Part shown: positions 1 through 9,055 of the stretch, piece after piece | Layout of the letters: every line of letters begins with the position of its first letter | Position numbering within the stretch: the first letter of the stretch is position 1 | IMG/VR virus record: IMGVR_UViG_3300045988_175865 | Coordinates: 90,001-118,000 of that record | Source of the DNA: a virus | Direction: 5' to 3' (one strand) | DNA: 28,000 nt | The notes under the pieces: model-generated | What the model saw: the letters and a program-made list of their open reading frames with translations, nothing else | Told to the model about the DNA's origin: nothing | Database searches by the model: none | Position numbers and translations under genes: made by a program

Positions 1-14
1 TATGTATCGTGTCA

Positions 15-53
15 ATGTATCAATCTGACATCGGTATGTATCAATCTGACATC
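15..53. repeat. Two perfect 18-bp direct repeats ATGTATCAATCTGACATC (15-32 and 36-53, 21-bp period), with an extra ATGTATC heptamer at 2-8; candidate iterons or operator sites
   Basis: Read directly from the sequence. The array may continue upstream of the window. It lies about 120 bp upstream of a winged-helix DNA-binding gene. Confidence 0.6.
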
Positions 54-62
54 ACATGCTGT

Positions 63-130
63 ATTACAATATTAATAATTATTTATACAAATTATATAAA
101 ATAATATACAAATATTTTGTATATTGTAAT
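63..130. promoter_or_regulatory. AT-rich nested inverted repeats: ATTACAATAT 63-72 pairs with ATATTGTAAT 121-130, and ATATACAAA 104-112 pairs with TTTGTATAT 116-124
   Basis: Reverse complements checked by eye. The region is non-coding and sits immediately upstream of the first gene. Confidence 0.45.
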
Positions 131-169
131 ATTATTCATATTTTTGTACTATAATTAAAATAACTAATT

Positions 170-952
170 ATGGAAGAGAAAAAAATATCAAAACAACATA
201 TTCAAGTTCCACATAATCTAGGAGAAAGAAATGAGGAAATAAAAATAAAAATGAATCCAACAGATTATCTTGTATATGGTTATTTACGTAAATTTATGAA
301 TAAAGATACTTATCAAACGCTTGTGTCTTTAAGAAAGTTAGCCAATTTAGTAGATGTATCTATTAACACTGTACAAGCTAGTATTAAAAAGTTAAAAGAA
401 GCAGGAGAGATTAAGGTTTTGGAAGAAAAAAATGGTAGAAGTAATATATATGAAATACAGAAAGGCAGTAAATATTTTGAACGATTTACTTTTGAATTTT
501 TAGATTTAGATGATAATATTCTTAAACCTGAAGATAAGGGAGTTCTGTTAGCGATGCAACAATATAGTGATACTTCTAGCGGAACATTTGCCATTAATAC
601 TAGTTCTAATAGAGAGTTATCTAAAAAGTTACATATTGGGACTAGAGCCTTATCAAGTGTATTTCAGAGACTTGAAGATAGAGGCATTTTAACTACAAAA
701 CCTCTTACTACCAGAGATTCTATCACAGGATTAAATAAAACTGCTAAATATATAGATTTATCTATTATTTGCCAAGCTATATTATTTATCAATAAAAAAG
801 TAGATGAACAAGGTGAACAGATTAATGAGCATGATAAGAGGCTACATACTGTAGATAAAAATATTCTTAAAATGCAAGAAGAGATAAACAGACTAAAAGA
901 AATTATTGAAAAGAGTAATTTAAAAGAGTCATCAGGCTTTAAATTTGAATAA
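170..952 (+). CDS. DNA-binding protein with two winged-helix-like segments and a C-terminal coiled coil; candidate regulator or replication initiator
   Basis: Uninterrupted 260-aa ORF with ATG start and TAA stop. Segments LVSLRKLANLVDVSINTVQASIKKLKEAGEIKV and SNRELSKKLHIGTRALSSVFQRLEDRGIL look like HTH plus wing. It contains no Trp codon of either kind. Confidence 0.6.
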   Translation: MEEKKISKQHIQVPHNLGERNEEIKIKMNPTDYLVYGYLRKFMNKDTYQTLVSLRKLANLVDVSINTVQASIKKLKEAGEIKVLEEKNGRSNIYEIQKGSKYFERFTFEFLDLDDNILKPEDKGVLLAMQQYSDTSSGTFAINTSSNRELSKKLHIGTRALSSVFQRLEDRGILTTKPLTTRDSITGLNKTAKYIDLSIICQAILFINKKVDEQGEQINEHDKRLHTVDKNILKMQEEINRLKEIIEKSNLKESSGFKFE

Positions 953-956
953 AAAT

Positions 957-1166
957 ATGGATCAACAGAAAAACTTACCATTTAGTTTTAATCCTATTAG
1001 TTTAGAAGGTATAGGAGACGATTACAGTATTATCATAGATACAGGTAGAGATCATTTAGATAGATTTAAAACAAGGGAAGAGGAGAGATTAGATGAGCTC
1101 TACGATAGAGTAGAGAAGTTAGAATATAGGATTGTAGAACTAGAAAACAGGTTAAGGAATAGATAA
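957..1166 (+). CDS. Small hypothetical coiled-coil protein (69 aa)
   Basis: The track ORF 945..1166 begins at TTG; the first ATG is at 957. The C-terminus ELYDRVEKLEYRIVELENRLRNR is heptad-like. TAA stop. Confidence 0.45.
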   Translation: MDQQKNLPFSFNPISLEGIGDDYSIIIDTGRDHLDRFKTREEERLDELYDRVEKLEYRIVELENRLRNR

Positions 1167-1218
1167 GTTATTATTACTGAATAGTAGAATATTATTTGTT
1201 TTTGTTAAAAAAAAATGT

Positions 1219-1226
1219 TATATTTG
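1219..1226 (+). promoter_or_regulatory. TATATTTG, a match to the Bacteroidota -7 promoter consensus TAnnTTTG
   Basis: Lies 26 nt upstream of ATG 1252 in an intergenic A/T tract, with TTTG motifs further upstream at 1194-1204. The same octamer recurs at 7119-7126. Confidence 0.4.
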
Positions 1227-1251
1227 CGAAATAAAAAGTAAATATACTAAT

Positions 1252-3504
1252 ATGGATATAACCTACAAACCGTATATTAGAGATTCTTCATTTAAAGAAT
1301 TATCTATTAAAAGTCCTACTATTAATATTAAAGGATACAAACCTAAATATACTATTAAACAAGATAAAGAGGAGACAATTACTCCAGTAGAGTCTCCAAT
1401 AGAAGAGATACAAATGCATAAGAAACCTAAGATTAAAGAGGCAACTGCAAAAGCCATAAGATTTGAATCTAAAGAGGAGTTTAAGGATACTATGATTCCA
1501 ATATATGAGTCTCTCTTAGTTAAGAGGGGTTTAAATCCAGTATTTGCCAAAGCTTTAGTAGCTCAGGATGGATTAGAGTCTGCTTGAGGGTCTAAACCAT
1601 CTGGAAATTTTAATTTTGGGGGGATTAAAGGTAAAGGGGCTATTAAAAGAACTAGAGAGGTTATTAATGGTAAAGATGTCTATATAAATGATAGTTTTAG
1701 AGATTTTAATTCTCTAGAAGACTATGCTAATTTTAAGATTGACCTACTTAATAGTAATCGTTATAATGCTTTCTCAGGGAATATTTCAGAGTTTGCAGAT
1801 AGGGTTCAAAAAGGAGGATATGCCACAGATCCAAACTATTCTAGGACTTTAAACAAGGTAATTGCTACTGCTAAGTATGGTGGTACTCTTAAACTTCAAC
1901 TAGGAGGTGTTGTTCAAGGCAAACAATGAGTTAAAAATTGATATAAAAATCGTACATTTCAGATAAAAAGAAATATACAACAACATCAATTAATACCTAT
2001 ACCAGTTACAGGTGCCTTAGGGTATAATATTCTTGCGCATAATATAGATCTTACTACTGCCTCCATAGATCCTTCTAGAGTTCCTACGGATTCTAAAGGT
2101 GTATATTCCTATGGAGGTCGTAAAATATATCTAAGAGATGACTCTCCTTCTACTGCTGTTCATGAATGAGTGCATAGTAGCAGGCCTGATCCTCAAGTTA
2201 AAGAGATAGCTAGAATTAAGAATTTACTAGGGGATGCTTTTTATGACCAAAACTCAGTTATACCTGATGATTATCTAGATGATCCACAAGAGATATATGC
2301 AAGATTAATGCAGTTTAGGTATGCCTTAGGAGTAGATCCGAATCATAAGTTCACTAATGAAGAAATTGAAGACCTTAAAAAGAAGCATGTAAAACAAATA
2401 ACTCTAACAAATAGACTTAAAGGGAAAGATCATAATAGTTTTTCTACTACGGTGTTTGATAATGAAGGTAATGTTATCAGTACAGAGCCTTATCAACCTG
2501 AGTATAAGTATATTCCAGAAGAATCTACTGTTCATAGAGAATATGATACAAATAATACTTTTCAGTTCTTAGATAGATATAGTACTGATAGTATTCGTAG
2601 GATGTTAAATGATGTTGCACAAGTTCCTAATAAAAAGAAAAATTCTACTTTATATATAAAATTAGGATTAAAGATACCTAAATATCAACATTCTGGAGTT
2701 TTAAGAAATGCTTATAATGACCCAGAACATTATTATGATTATTCTAAAGGATCATATGATCCTGATACAGAACATTGATCAGGTAGAGATCCTGTAACTG
2801 GAATGGAATTAAAAAATCCAAACCATCCTACTGCATTTATGCACCATGAAGTAGAACAACAATTAGGGAATAAAAGATATCAAGATAGTAATGGTAGATA
2901 CTATACATTTCCAAATGGTGAAGCTCCGATCTGAAGAAACGTATATGGCCCACTTTCTGAGACTCCAGGACTCAAAGAGGTAAAATATCCGAGTTATGGA
3001 AAAGGAAAAGCCAGTGTGGAAGAAGCTATAAAAGACAATCTCCCAAGAGTACAATGAATTTGAGATCAATTAATTAGTGCAGGAGCATCTAAAGAGCAAG
3101 CAGCTGCTATATTGGGAAATTTCTGAAAAGAAAATCAAATTCAACCTTACGGTAAACCTTCAAGTAAAGGTGCTATGGGGCTTGCGCAACTTAAAGAAGG
3201 CAGATACGATAGATATATAGAATTTTTAAATAAAAATAAATTAATAGATAGTACTGAGTCTCAAATAAAATATTTGTTACCTATTATTTTTACAGATGAA
3301 GTAAATCCTCATAATTTAGATAATTATAACTCTTTTTGAAATGATTGAACAAAATCACAAAGAGAGGCTTTTAGAACTGCGAAAGGTCTAGATGATCTTA
3401 CAGTATCGTTTGCAGATAACTTTGAAAGAATGGGTAAAAAGGAAGCAGATTATGAGACTCGTATAAATGCCGCGAGATATATTTACAACTTAATGGTAAA
3501 ATAA
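1252..3504 (+). CDS. Multi-domain muralytic protein (750 aa in table 4): N-terminal glucosaminidase-like domain, central HExxH segment, C-terminal phage-tail-lysozyme-like domain
   Basis: Track ORFs 1252..1587 and 2170..2778 are in one frame and join across 11 in-frame TGAs with no TAA or TAG. Motifs: AQDGLES-A-W(TGA)-GSK...NFGGIKG...GGYATDPNYS (glucosaminidase-like); STAVHEWVHSS (HExxH); AAAILGNFWKENQ...GAMGLAQL (tail-lysozyme-like). Confidence 0.85.
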
Positions 3505-3531
3505 TTATAAATAAATTTAATAAATACATAT

Positions 3532-3780
3532 ATGTTTGCATTAAGAAAAATTACAAATGACGGTTTAGAAATGAATTTTAGTTTAGGAGACTCTTATACT
3601 TTAGTTATAAAAGAACGTTCTCCGAAAGAATTTGAAGATAAGATGAAAGATCATCCTTTTTATGATAAAACTTATGCTTTTATTTATTGAAAAGATGAGA
3701 TATTACCGTTATATAAAAATCAAAAAAACTATATTGTTTCTGAAAATGGGACAACTTATAGTAACTTAACATATAAATAA
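3532..3780 (+). CDS. Hypothetical protein (82 aa)
   Basis: ATG 3532 to TAA 3778-3780, with one in-frame TGA (FIY-W-KDE). Tightly packed with its neighbours. Confidence 0.5.
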
Positions 3781-3781
3781 T

Positions 3782-3973
3782 ATGACAACAATGACTTGGA
3801 AAACAAAATTAATTATTGCCACAATCGTAATTGCTTTAGTATTAGCAGGTTGTGGCATTGTGTCAGCTATGAGCTTTGGAAGTTTGTTGCTTGCATTAGT
3901 AAGTTTAGCAGTAGGAGCGGGTTGTGGTTGGTATGCTAAGCATATCTATGATAAATATTTTAAAGGTAAGTAA
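3782..3973 (+). CDS. Small two-TM membrane protein (63 aa); holin-like by size and topology only
   Basis: Hydrophobic stretches LIIATIVIALVLAGCGIVSA and LLLALVSLAVGAGCGW followed by a charged C-terminal tail. Both Trp are TGG and there is no TGA. A LAGC lipobox-like string is also present. Confidence 0.5.
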   Translation: MTTMTWKTKLIIATIVIALVLAGCGIVSAMSFGSLLLALVSLAVGAGCGWYAKHIYDKYFKGK

Positions 3974-3976
3974 TAA

Positions 3977-5026
3977 ATGAATACAATATTTTTTGGGCAG
4001 AATGTTCCTATACAATCAGCAACAAAGGTTAAAATAGATTATATCAATAAAACTAAACTTCCTATTAAAGTCAGTATTCGTTGAAGAGATAGAGATGTTC
4101 TAAATTATACTACTGAAACTTTAAATCTACTAGCTACGGGAATAGCTGAACAAACAGTAGCATTAAAAGAATTTGAATCAACCTCTGGAAAGGGTCTAGT
4201 AGTTGAGCCAATAACGAATGCAATTATCCAGTCTAGTACAACCTATCCTAATTTATTTATTAAAGCTACAGTAAAAGAGGTAGCAACAGGAGATACTATA
4301 GGGACATTTAACAAGGGAGGAACTATTAGTCCTATAATGGCTACAAAAGAGTATAAAGCAACTGTTACTTTTGAATATAATTCTGGAATTTATATCAATA
4401 GTACTGCTGCTAGTTATGTTCCTTCTGTTACCAGCAATCGCCCTACAATAACTGTATTTAGTGATGCTGATTCATATGGTATTACTGGAATATTTACACA
4501 AGACACAGCAGTAACTTATACTGATATAGAAGGAGATGGTTATACTCATTATATTAAAGTAAATAACTGTAAGAATATTGCATTAGATAGATATATTAGT
4601 GGAACTAATTCTGGATCTAACTCTAGTATTAGTTATTCAGATTTATATCCAACGGATATAGGAACAATAGATATCGGCAAAACTTTATTTTTATGAGTAA
4701 AATCATTTACATATGAAAAAGAATCTACTCCTACTCCTGATCCTTCAATTAGTTGTGATGTTTATGTATGTAGTCGCAATAATTTAAATAACACAGAATG
4801 TAGTATAGATATATATGAGGGGTATGGAACAACAGGAGTTCGTTTAGCCAATCGATCACTGGCCCCTGGGGAAGGAAATTGAGTTTCATATCAAGGTGGA
4901 TATAGAACATTCAGTTCCATACGTTTAAATTCGATTTTAAAGGGAACCCAGATAACTATCGCATTAAATGGGTCTCAAGTAAGTGATTGAGTAAATGAAA
5001 CAACTAAATATGTTTGAATTAATTAA
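3977..5026 (+). CDS. Hypothetical protein (349 aa), Ser/Thr/Asn-rich, possibly structural
   Basis: ATG 3977 is in frame with track ORF 4337..4696. The frame continues across several in-frame TGAs to TAA 5024-5026 and is followed by a strong terminator. Confidence 0.6.
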
Positions 5027-5030
5027 AAAT

Positions 5031-5060
5031 AAAAAGGGAGCTACTTAGCTCCCTTTTTAT
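5031..5060. terminator. Bidirectional rho-independent terminator: stem GGGAGCT 5036-5042 / AGCTCCC 5047-5053, loop ACTT, A-run on the 5' side and T-run on the 3' side
   Basis: Perfect 7-bp GC-rich stem flanked by AAAAATAAAAA and TTTTTATTTT, placed between convergent gene blocks. Confidence 0.8.
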
Positions 5061-5210
5061 TTTCATATTGTTTTGCGCTTATAATAAAGCATACTAGACT
5101 TAGTAATATATATATAGGTTGCAGTACTTTAGTACTTGTTATAAAAAATATTCCCATAAATATCAATCCTATAACATATCAAAATTTATACATTTCCAAA
5201 TTTTTTTAAA

Positions 5211-5231
5211 AAATCTCATAATGTGAGATTT
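5211..5231 (-). terminator. Hairpin AAATCTCA / TGAGATTT with a 5-nt loop, followed on the minus strand by a T-rich run
   Basis: Located 37 nt downstream (minus sense) of the TAG stop of CDS 5268..5654. Flanked by T/A runs on both sides. Confidence 0.6.
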
Positions 5232-5267
5232 GAATTTTTTATTGCATTTTGTTTTAAAGCATCCATA

Positions 5268-5654
5268 CTATCTTTTAGGTACACCTCCAAGTTTATCAGC
5301 TCATCTCTCTGAGAAAAACGAGTAATAAGATCTTTTAGACTTTGGGGTATGGACAGCTGCTCAAATAATACTAGGCAGTCCTATAATTAGTAAATAGAGG
5401 GGGCCTAAATATAAAGATTGTCGAGTATGTCCTCATTCATGTTCTTTTGTGTAATTTCTGTTATATTTCCAACTTGATTCTCCCATTAAGATATATAATC
5501 CTAATGAAATACCTCCAGGAAAGTCTCCCGCATAAATTGGAATTTCCCTAAAAGTTTCTTTGTACTCTACATTATAGCACCAAGTTAAAATAAGACCGAG
5601 AAGACACTGTGGAAATTCCCATATCCATCTCAGTATTTTAATATACCATTTCAT
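5268..5654 (-). CDS. Membrane protein with an HExxH motif (KEHEWGHTRQS), 128 aa
   Basis: Track ORF 5433..5654 continues through 4 in-frame TGAs to TAG 5268-5270. Hydrophobic segments CLLGLILTW, GGISLGLYILM and LYLLIIGLPSIIWAAV. The N-terminal Trp residues are TGG and the C-terminal ones are TGA. Confidence 0.6.
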
Positions 5655-5669
5655 ATAATATTTAATTTA

Positions 5670-6149
5670 TTATTTATAGTAAATTTGTTTAAATTGTTTT
5701 CAAAGTGAGTATTGAGCATCTATTGCTTCTTGTTCTCAAGGTCTTAACATATAATCCAATGAAGAATCAAACTGCTGTCCCTTTCATAAGAATACTAGTT
5801 TAGAGTCTTTTTTCACAAGTTCAAGATCTCTCCTTTCGTATTGATCAAAATGTTGCATTTCATGACATATAATAGTACTAAGACTATCAGATAACTTAGT
5901 TTTTAATAATAGATTATATGTATGAGGCACTGGTGTTTTATCTAATAGAGCTTGTAGTTCACATTCCTCAGTTGAAAATTTATTTAAGATTTTATCATTA
6001 TATTGTACTAAGATATTTGCATTAGTATAGTCAAATATTTTAGTTCCTATGACTTTAATTAATTCCTCCACATCATATTGTTTTGGAGATTCAATTAATG
6101 AGGTTACTTTAAATGTCTCAGGGAACTCTAATTTAGATCTTTCCTTCAT
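5670..6149 (-). CDS. Soluble HExxH metallopeptidase-like protein (159 aa)
   Basis: Track ORF 5784..6149 extends through 3 in-frame TGAs to TAA 5670-5672. It carries the motif TIICHEMQHFDQY and a downstream PWEQEAIDAQ. Family not assignable by eye. Confidence 0.55.
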
Positions 6150-6180
6150 ATTATTTAAAAACTAGTTATTATAACCTCTA

Positions 6181-6618
6181 TTAAACTCGTAGTTCTCCAT
6201 ATTGGTTTCTCATTCTTGGAGATATTCCTAAATGTACCCATGTAGTAGACCCACTTTTTTCAATAAAGCATTGATCTATAATGACTTTATTTCTAGTAAA
6301 ATAATCTTTAATAAAGTTAAAGAAGTTTTCTACTCCTTTAACAGAAGTATCTTCAGGTTGTAAATCTACTGCTTCATAGTATTGATGAGAGCTATTACTT
6401 ACGCCCCCCACAGCTTTATTAAGGCTTGGCGATCTATATCCAGAAGTAATAGTAATAGCAGAGCCTCATGCTTCTCTTAATGGATCTAAATATTCTATAG
6501 CTAGTTTACTTAGTTTTTCTATTCCCTCTCATGTAGGTAGATTTTCTATTTTTTTACTAATAGCTGTATCACTTCTTAAAAGTTCACTTAATTCAAAATA
6601 TTTAGGGGTATTTATCAT
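6181..6618 (-). CDS. Peptidase M15-type cell-wall hydrolase (VanY / L-Ala-D-Glu peptidase-like), candidate endolysin, 145 aa
   Basis: ATG at 6618. Reads FELSELLRSDTA...NLPTW(TGA)EGIEKLSKLA...LDPLREAW(TGA)GSAITITSGYRSPSLNKAVGGVSNSSHQYYEAVD...TTW(TGG)VHLG. This fits the SGYR...LN...GG..S.H...A.D...H zinc-peptidase pattern. Confidence 0.85.
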
Positions 6619-6621
6619 AAT

Positions 6622-6705
6622 TTAATCTATAATATATAATTTACCAAATTTCTCTAAAATCATATAAATATTTATTTGCGCTTTGATTTTCTTCCATGTC
6701 GTCAT
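6622..6705 (-). CDS. Possible 27-aa mini-ORF (MTTWKKIKAQINIYMILEKFGKLYIID) preceded by GGAGGTG
   Basis: ATG 6705 lies 9 nt after GGAGG (plus-strand CACCTCC at 6713-6719). The TAA stop at 6622-6624 is 3 nt before the endolysin ATG. Very short, with no homology evidence. Confidence 0.25.
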   Translation of the reverse strand: MTTWKKIKAQINIYMILEKFGKLYIID

Positions 6706-6719
6706 TTTTATACACCTCC

Positions 6720-6998
6720 TTACTTCTTATTTCATTTACGGCTATTGGCAGCAAATGTTGCTCGTTTTCTAATTGCTGGATCGGGGGATCTTTTGCCTTT
6801 AGCTATACACTCACTAGTTACTTTCCCACCACAATATTCTGTAAACTTACCTCTATTTTTCTTTTTAATATGAATCTTAGAACCTTTTTTCATCATTTCT
6901 ATGTACCCACTTGTAATATTATCTAGTCCGAGATTGTTATGATACTCTGTACTATATACCTCTACAATTTTGTTTAAAATGTCATTGTTATATTTCAT
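6720..6998 (-). CDS. Small basic hypothetical protein (92 aa)
   Basis: Track ORF 6732..6998 continues past one TGA (NSRK-W-NKK) to TAA 6720-6722. The C-terminus is Lys/Arg-rich (RGKFTEYCGGKVTSECIAKGKRSPDPAIRKRATFAANSRKW). Confidence 0.6.
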
Positions 6999-7039
6999 AC
7001 TTTATAAAATAATTAATAGGATTATTATCTAGTAATATA

Positions 7040-7126
7040 TGTTTTTGCAAAAATAATTATTTATTTAGATATTTGCAAGTATTTGGATAAATTATTTGGA
7101 TATCAGAAAGATTTATTATATATTTG
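7040..7126. promoter_or_regulatory. Divergent promoter region: palindrome TTTTTGCAAAAA (7042-7053), direct repeats TATTTGGATA (7080-7089 and 7093-7102), and TATATTTG (7119-7126, matching TAnnTTTG)
   Basis: 168-bp non-coding gap between the minus-strand gene ending at 6998 and the plus-strand gene starting at 7167. Motifs read directly from the sequence. Confidence 0.45.
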
Positions 7127-7166
7127 CATCATTCAAGTAAAATTATAAAGAGTTATATATATAAAT

Positions 7167-7859
7167 ATGGCAAAAACAAAACCTGATATAGATTCTGGAC
7201 TTTCATGACTAGAAAGAATCCTACAATTATGTAAAGAGTATGGAGTATTTAATATTTTGAAGGGGTTATTTATTCTAATTATGTTAAGTTTAACACTTAG
7301 GATTTGTTACAATCCTAGTTTTTTATTTGACAAATATACTGACTACATGATTCAAAGACATGCGAAAGAGTTACATAAAAGGACAGAATATGATCAACAA
7401 ATAAAAAGTCTCCTGCCTGTATATTTATATAAATATCATGCAGATAGGATATGAATTATTCAGTACCATAATGGTATTATGGACTGACAACATGGAACTA
7501 TGAGATTTGAATTATGTAATGATGAAGTTGAATCAATTAAAAATCAATATGATGATTTTAATCTAACCTGGATTAATCTTCCTTATTATTTAAAGACGAA
7601 CGAAGTATTTATAGGGGATATGGTTAAATTAGATAGTATTGATTCAACTCTTTATACACAACTCAAAAAAAATAATGTACAATATTTAGCCTGTACAATT
7701 ATAAAAGATAATAGTGGTTATCCAATTGGTATTTTAGGAGTGACTTGGAAAAATATTCCACCAAATATTGATAGATTACAAAATAAAATACATAACTATC
7801 TTATAGATGATAGAGCAGATATTAAAACTCTTATCCAATCTAATTATAATAAAGAATAA
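7167..7859 (+). CDS. Hypothetical membrane-anchored protein (230 aa)
   Basis: ATG 7167 is in frame with track ORFs 7257..7454 and 7500..7859, joined across 3 in-frame TGAs; two TGG codons are also present. TM-like segment GLFILIMLSLTLRI. Confidence 0.6.
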
Positions 7860-7868
7860 AAGTATAAT

Positions 7869-8807
7869 ATGCCTAAACTTAGAGGGAGTAAATTAAAATA
7901 TGTTAATGGGTATGCAGTAGATAAAGAAAATGATAATATTATATACTCTGATGAAAAGCATATTTATATGGATAAGACCGATAATTCGAAATATGAATCT
8001 GTAACGACAATAATAGGACAGTACTGTCAAAAATTTGATTCAGACTTTTGGTCATCATATAAAGCTTGTGAGGCGTTATTAGACCCCACAGTGTTTTACC
8101 CATTAAAATCAAAACTTCTTTCTTCTAAAAAATGAAAGGAGTCTTATATTGAAGAATATGGATTAGATCCTGTTGAATTTCTAAATAAGAAATCTGAAAT
8201 CCTACAAAGTTATGAAGATAAGAGGAATGCTAGTACGGAACGTGGTACTAAAATTCATGCTATGATGGAAGATCTATTTTATCAAGGGGATAAAAAGGCA
8301 ATAAGCAAATATGCAGGAGGAGGAACTTTTGAGGTAAAGAAGGGATATTATAAACTAGATATTGACAGGGCAATTTATCCTGAGTTTCTTATAAGTTATG
8401 AATTTGACGAATACTTAAAGATTGCTGGTCAAATAGATTATTTACAGATAAGTGATAATGAGATAGTTTTGTTAGATTGAAAGACTAACGGTAAGATTGA
8501 TAAAGAGTCTTATTTTGATAGAACTACTAAGAAAAGACAGATGATGCTCTCACCATTAGAAAATATTATGGATTGTAATCTATGTCACTATCAGTTACAA
8601 CTTAGTATGTACGCATATCTTCTTCAGAAGATTAATCCTAAATTCAAAATAAAAAAGCTAGCAATTGTTCATTTTGATCACGACGGTAATGAAACTGAAT
8701 ATGAAGTAAAATATTTAAAAGATGATATTGCCAGACTTCTTTTATATCATAGGAAGAAGAATAAAATAAAAGCAGAACTTGATAGAGACAAACCAATAGT
8801 ATTTTAA
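7869..8807 (+). CDS. PD-(D/E)xK nuclease of the RecB/Cas4/lambda-Exo-like type (312 aa)
   Basis: Track ORFs 7869..8135, 8262..8480 and 8541..8807 share one frame and join across two TGAs. Motifs: ERGTKIHAMME, IAGQIDYL, LLD-W(TGA)-KTNGK (D/ExK) and HYQLQLSMYAYLL (QxxxY). Confidence 0.75.
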
Positions 8808-8813
8808 AATATA

Positions 8814-9050
8814 ATGATTATGGAAAATGTAGATGATTTATATGAAAATAGAATGAAGATTTGCAAAGAATGTCCTCTATATCTAGATAGTCCTATGGGA
8901 GCTAGATGTAATTCTAGGCTATATTTATCCGAAGCTGATAAAAAGACAGTAAGTGATAGACCCAAATTAGGATATAAAAGAGGTTGTAACTGCATGTTAC
9001 AGAGAAAATTACGTATGCCCGCTGCAAAATGTGTTGTAGGGAAATGATAA
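8814..9050 (+). CDS. Small Cys-rich, probably Zn-binding protein (78 aa), paralog of the next gene
   Basis: Contains CKECP...C...GCNC...AAKCVVGK-W(TGA)-TAA. The only TGA is the penultimate codon, immediately followed by TAA. Confidence 0.6.
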
Positions 9051-9055
9051 GATTT

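Noticed and set aside
5124-5137. Short palindrome AGTACTTTAGTACT in the non-coding gap.
   Set aside because: The loop is too small for a stable hairpin, there is no flanking U-tract or partner motif, and it is probably a chance palindrome in AT-rich DNA.
5054-5267. Possible suppressor tRNA or other small RNA in the 210-bp gap after the convergent terminator, and likewise in 6999-7166.
   Set aside because: I found no cloverleaf, no GTTCRANYC T-loop box, and no acceptor or anticodon stem arrangement. The only stable structures are terminator-like hairpins. No tRNA could be recognised anywhere in the window by eye; tRNAscan-SE should confirm this.
6676-6926. Plus-strand ORFs 6676-6873 and 6696-6926.
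   Set aside because: They are antisense to the minus-strand gene 6720-6998 and its intergenic leader. The translations are hydrophobic and implausible, and there is no start context.
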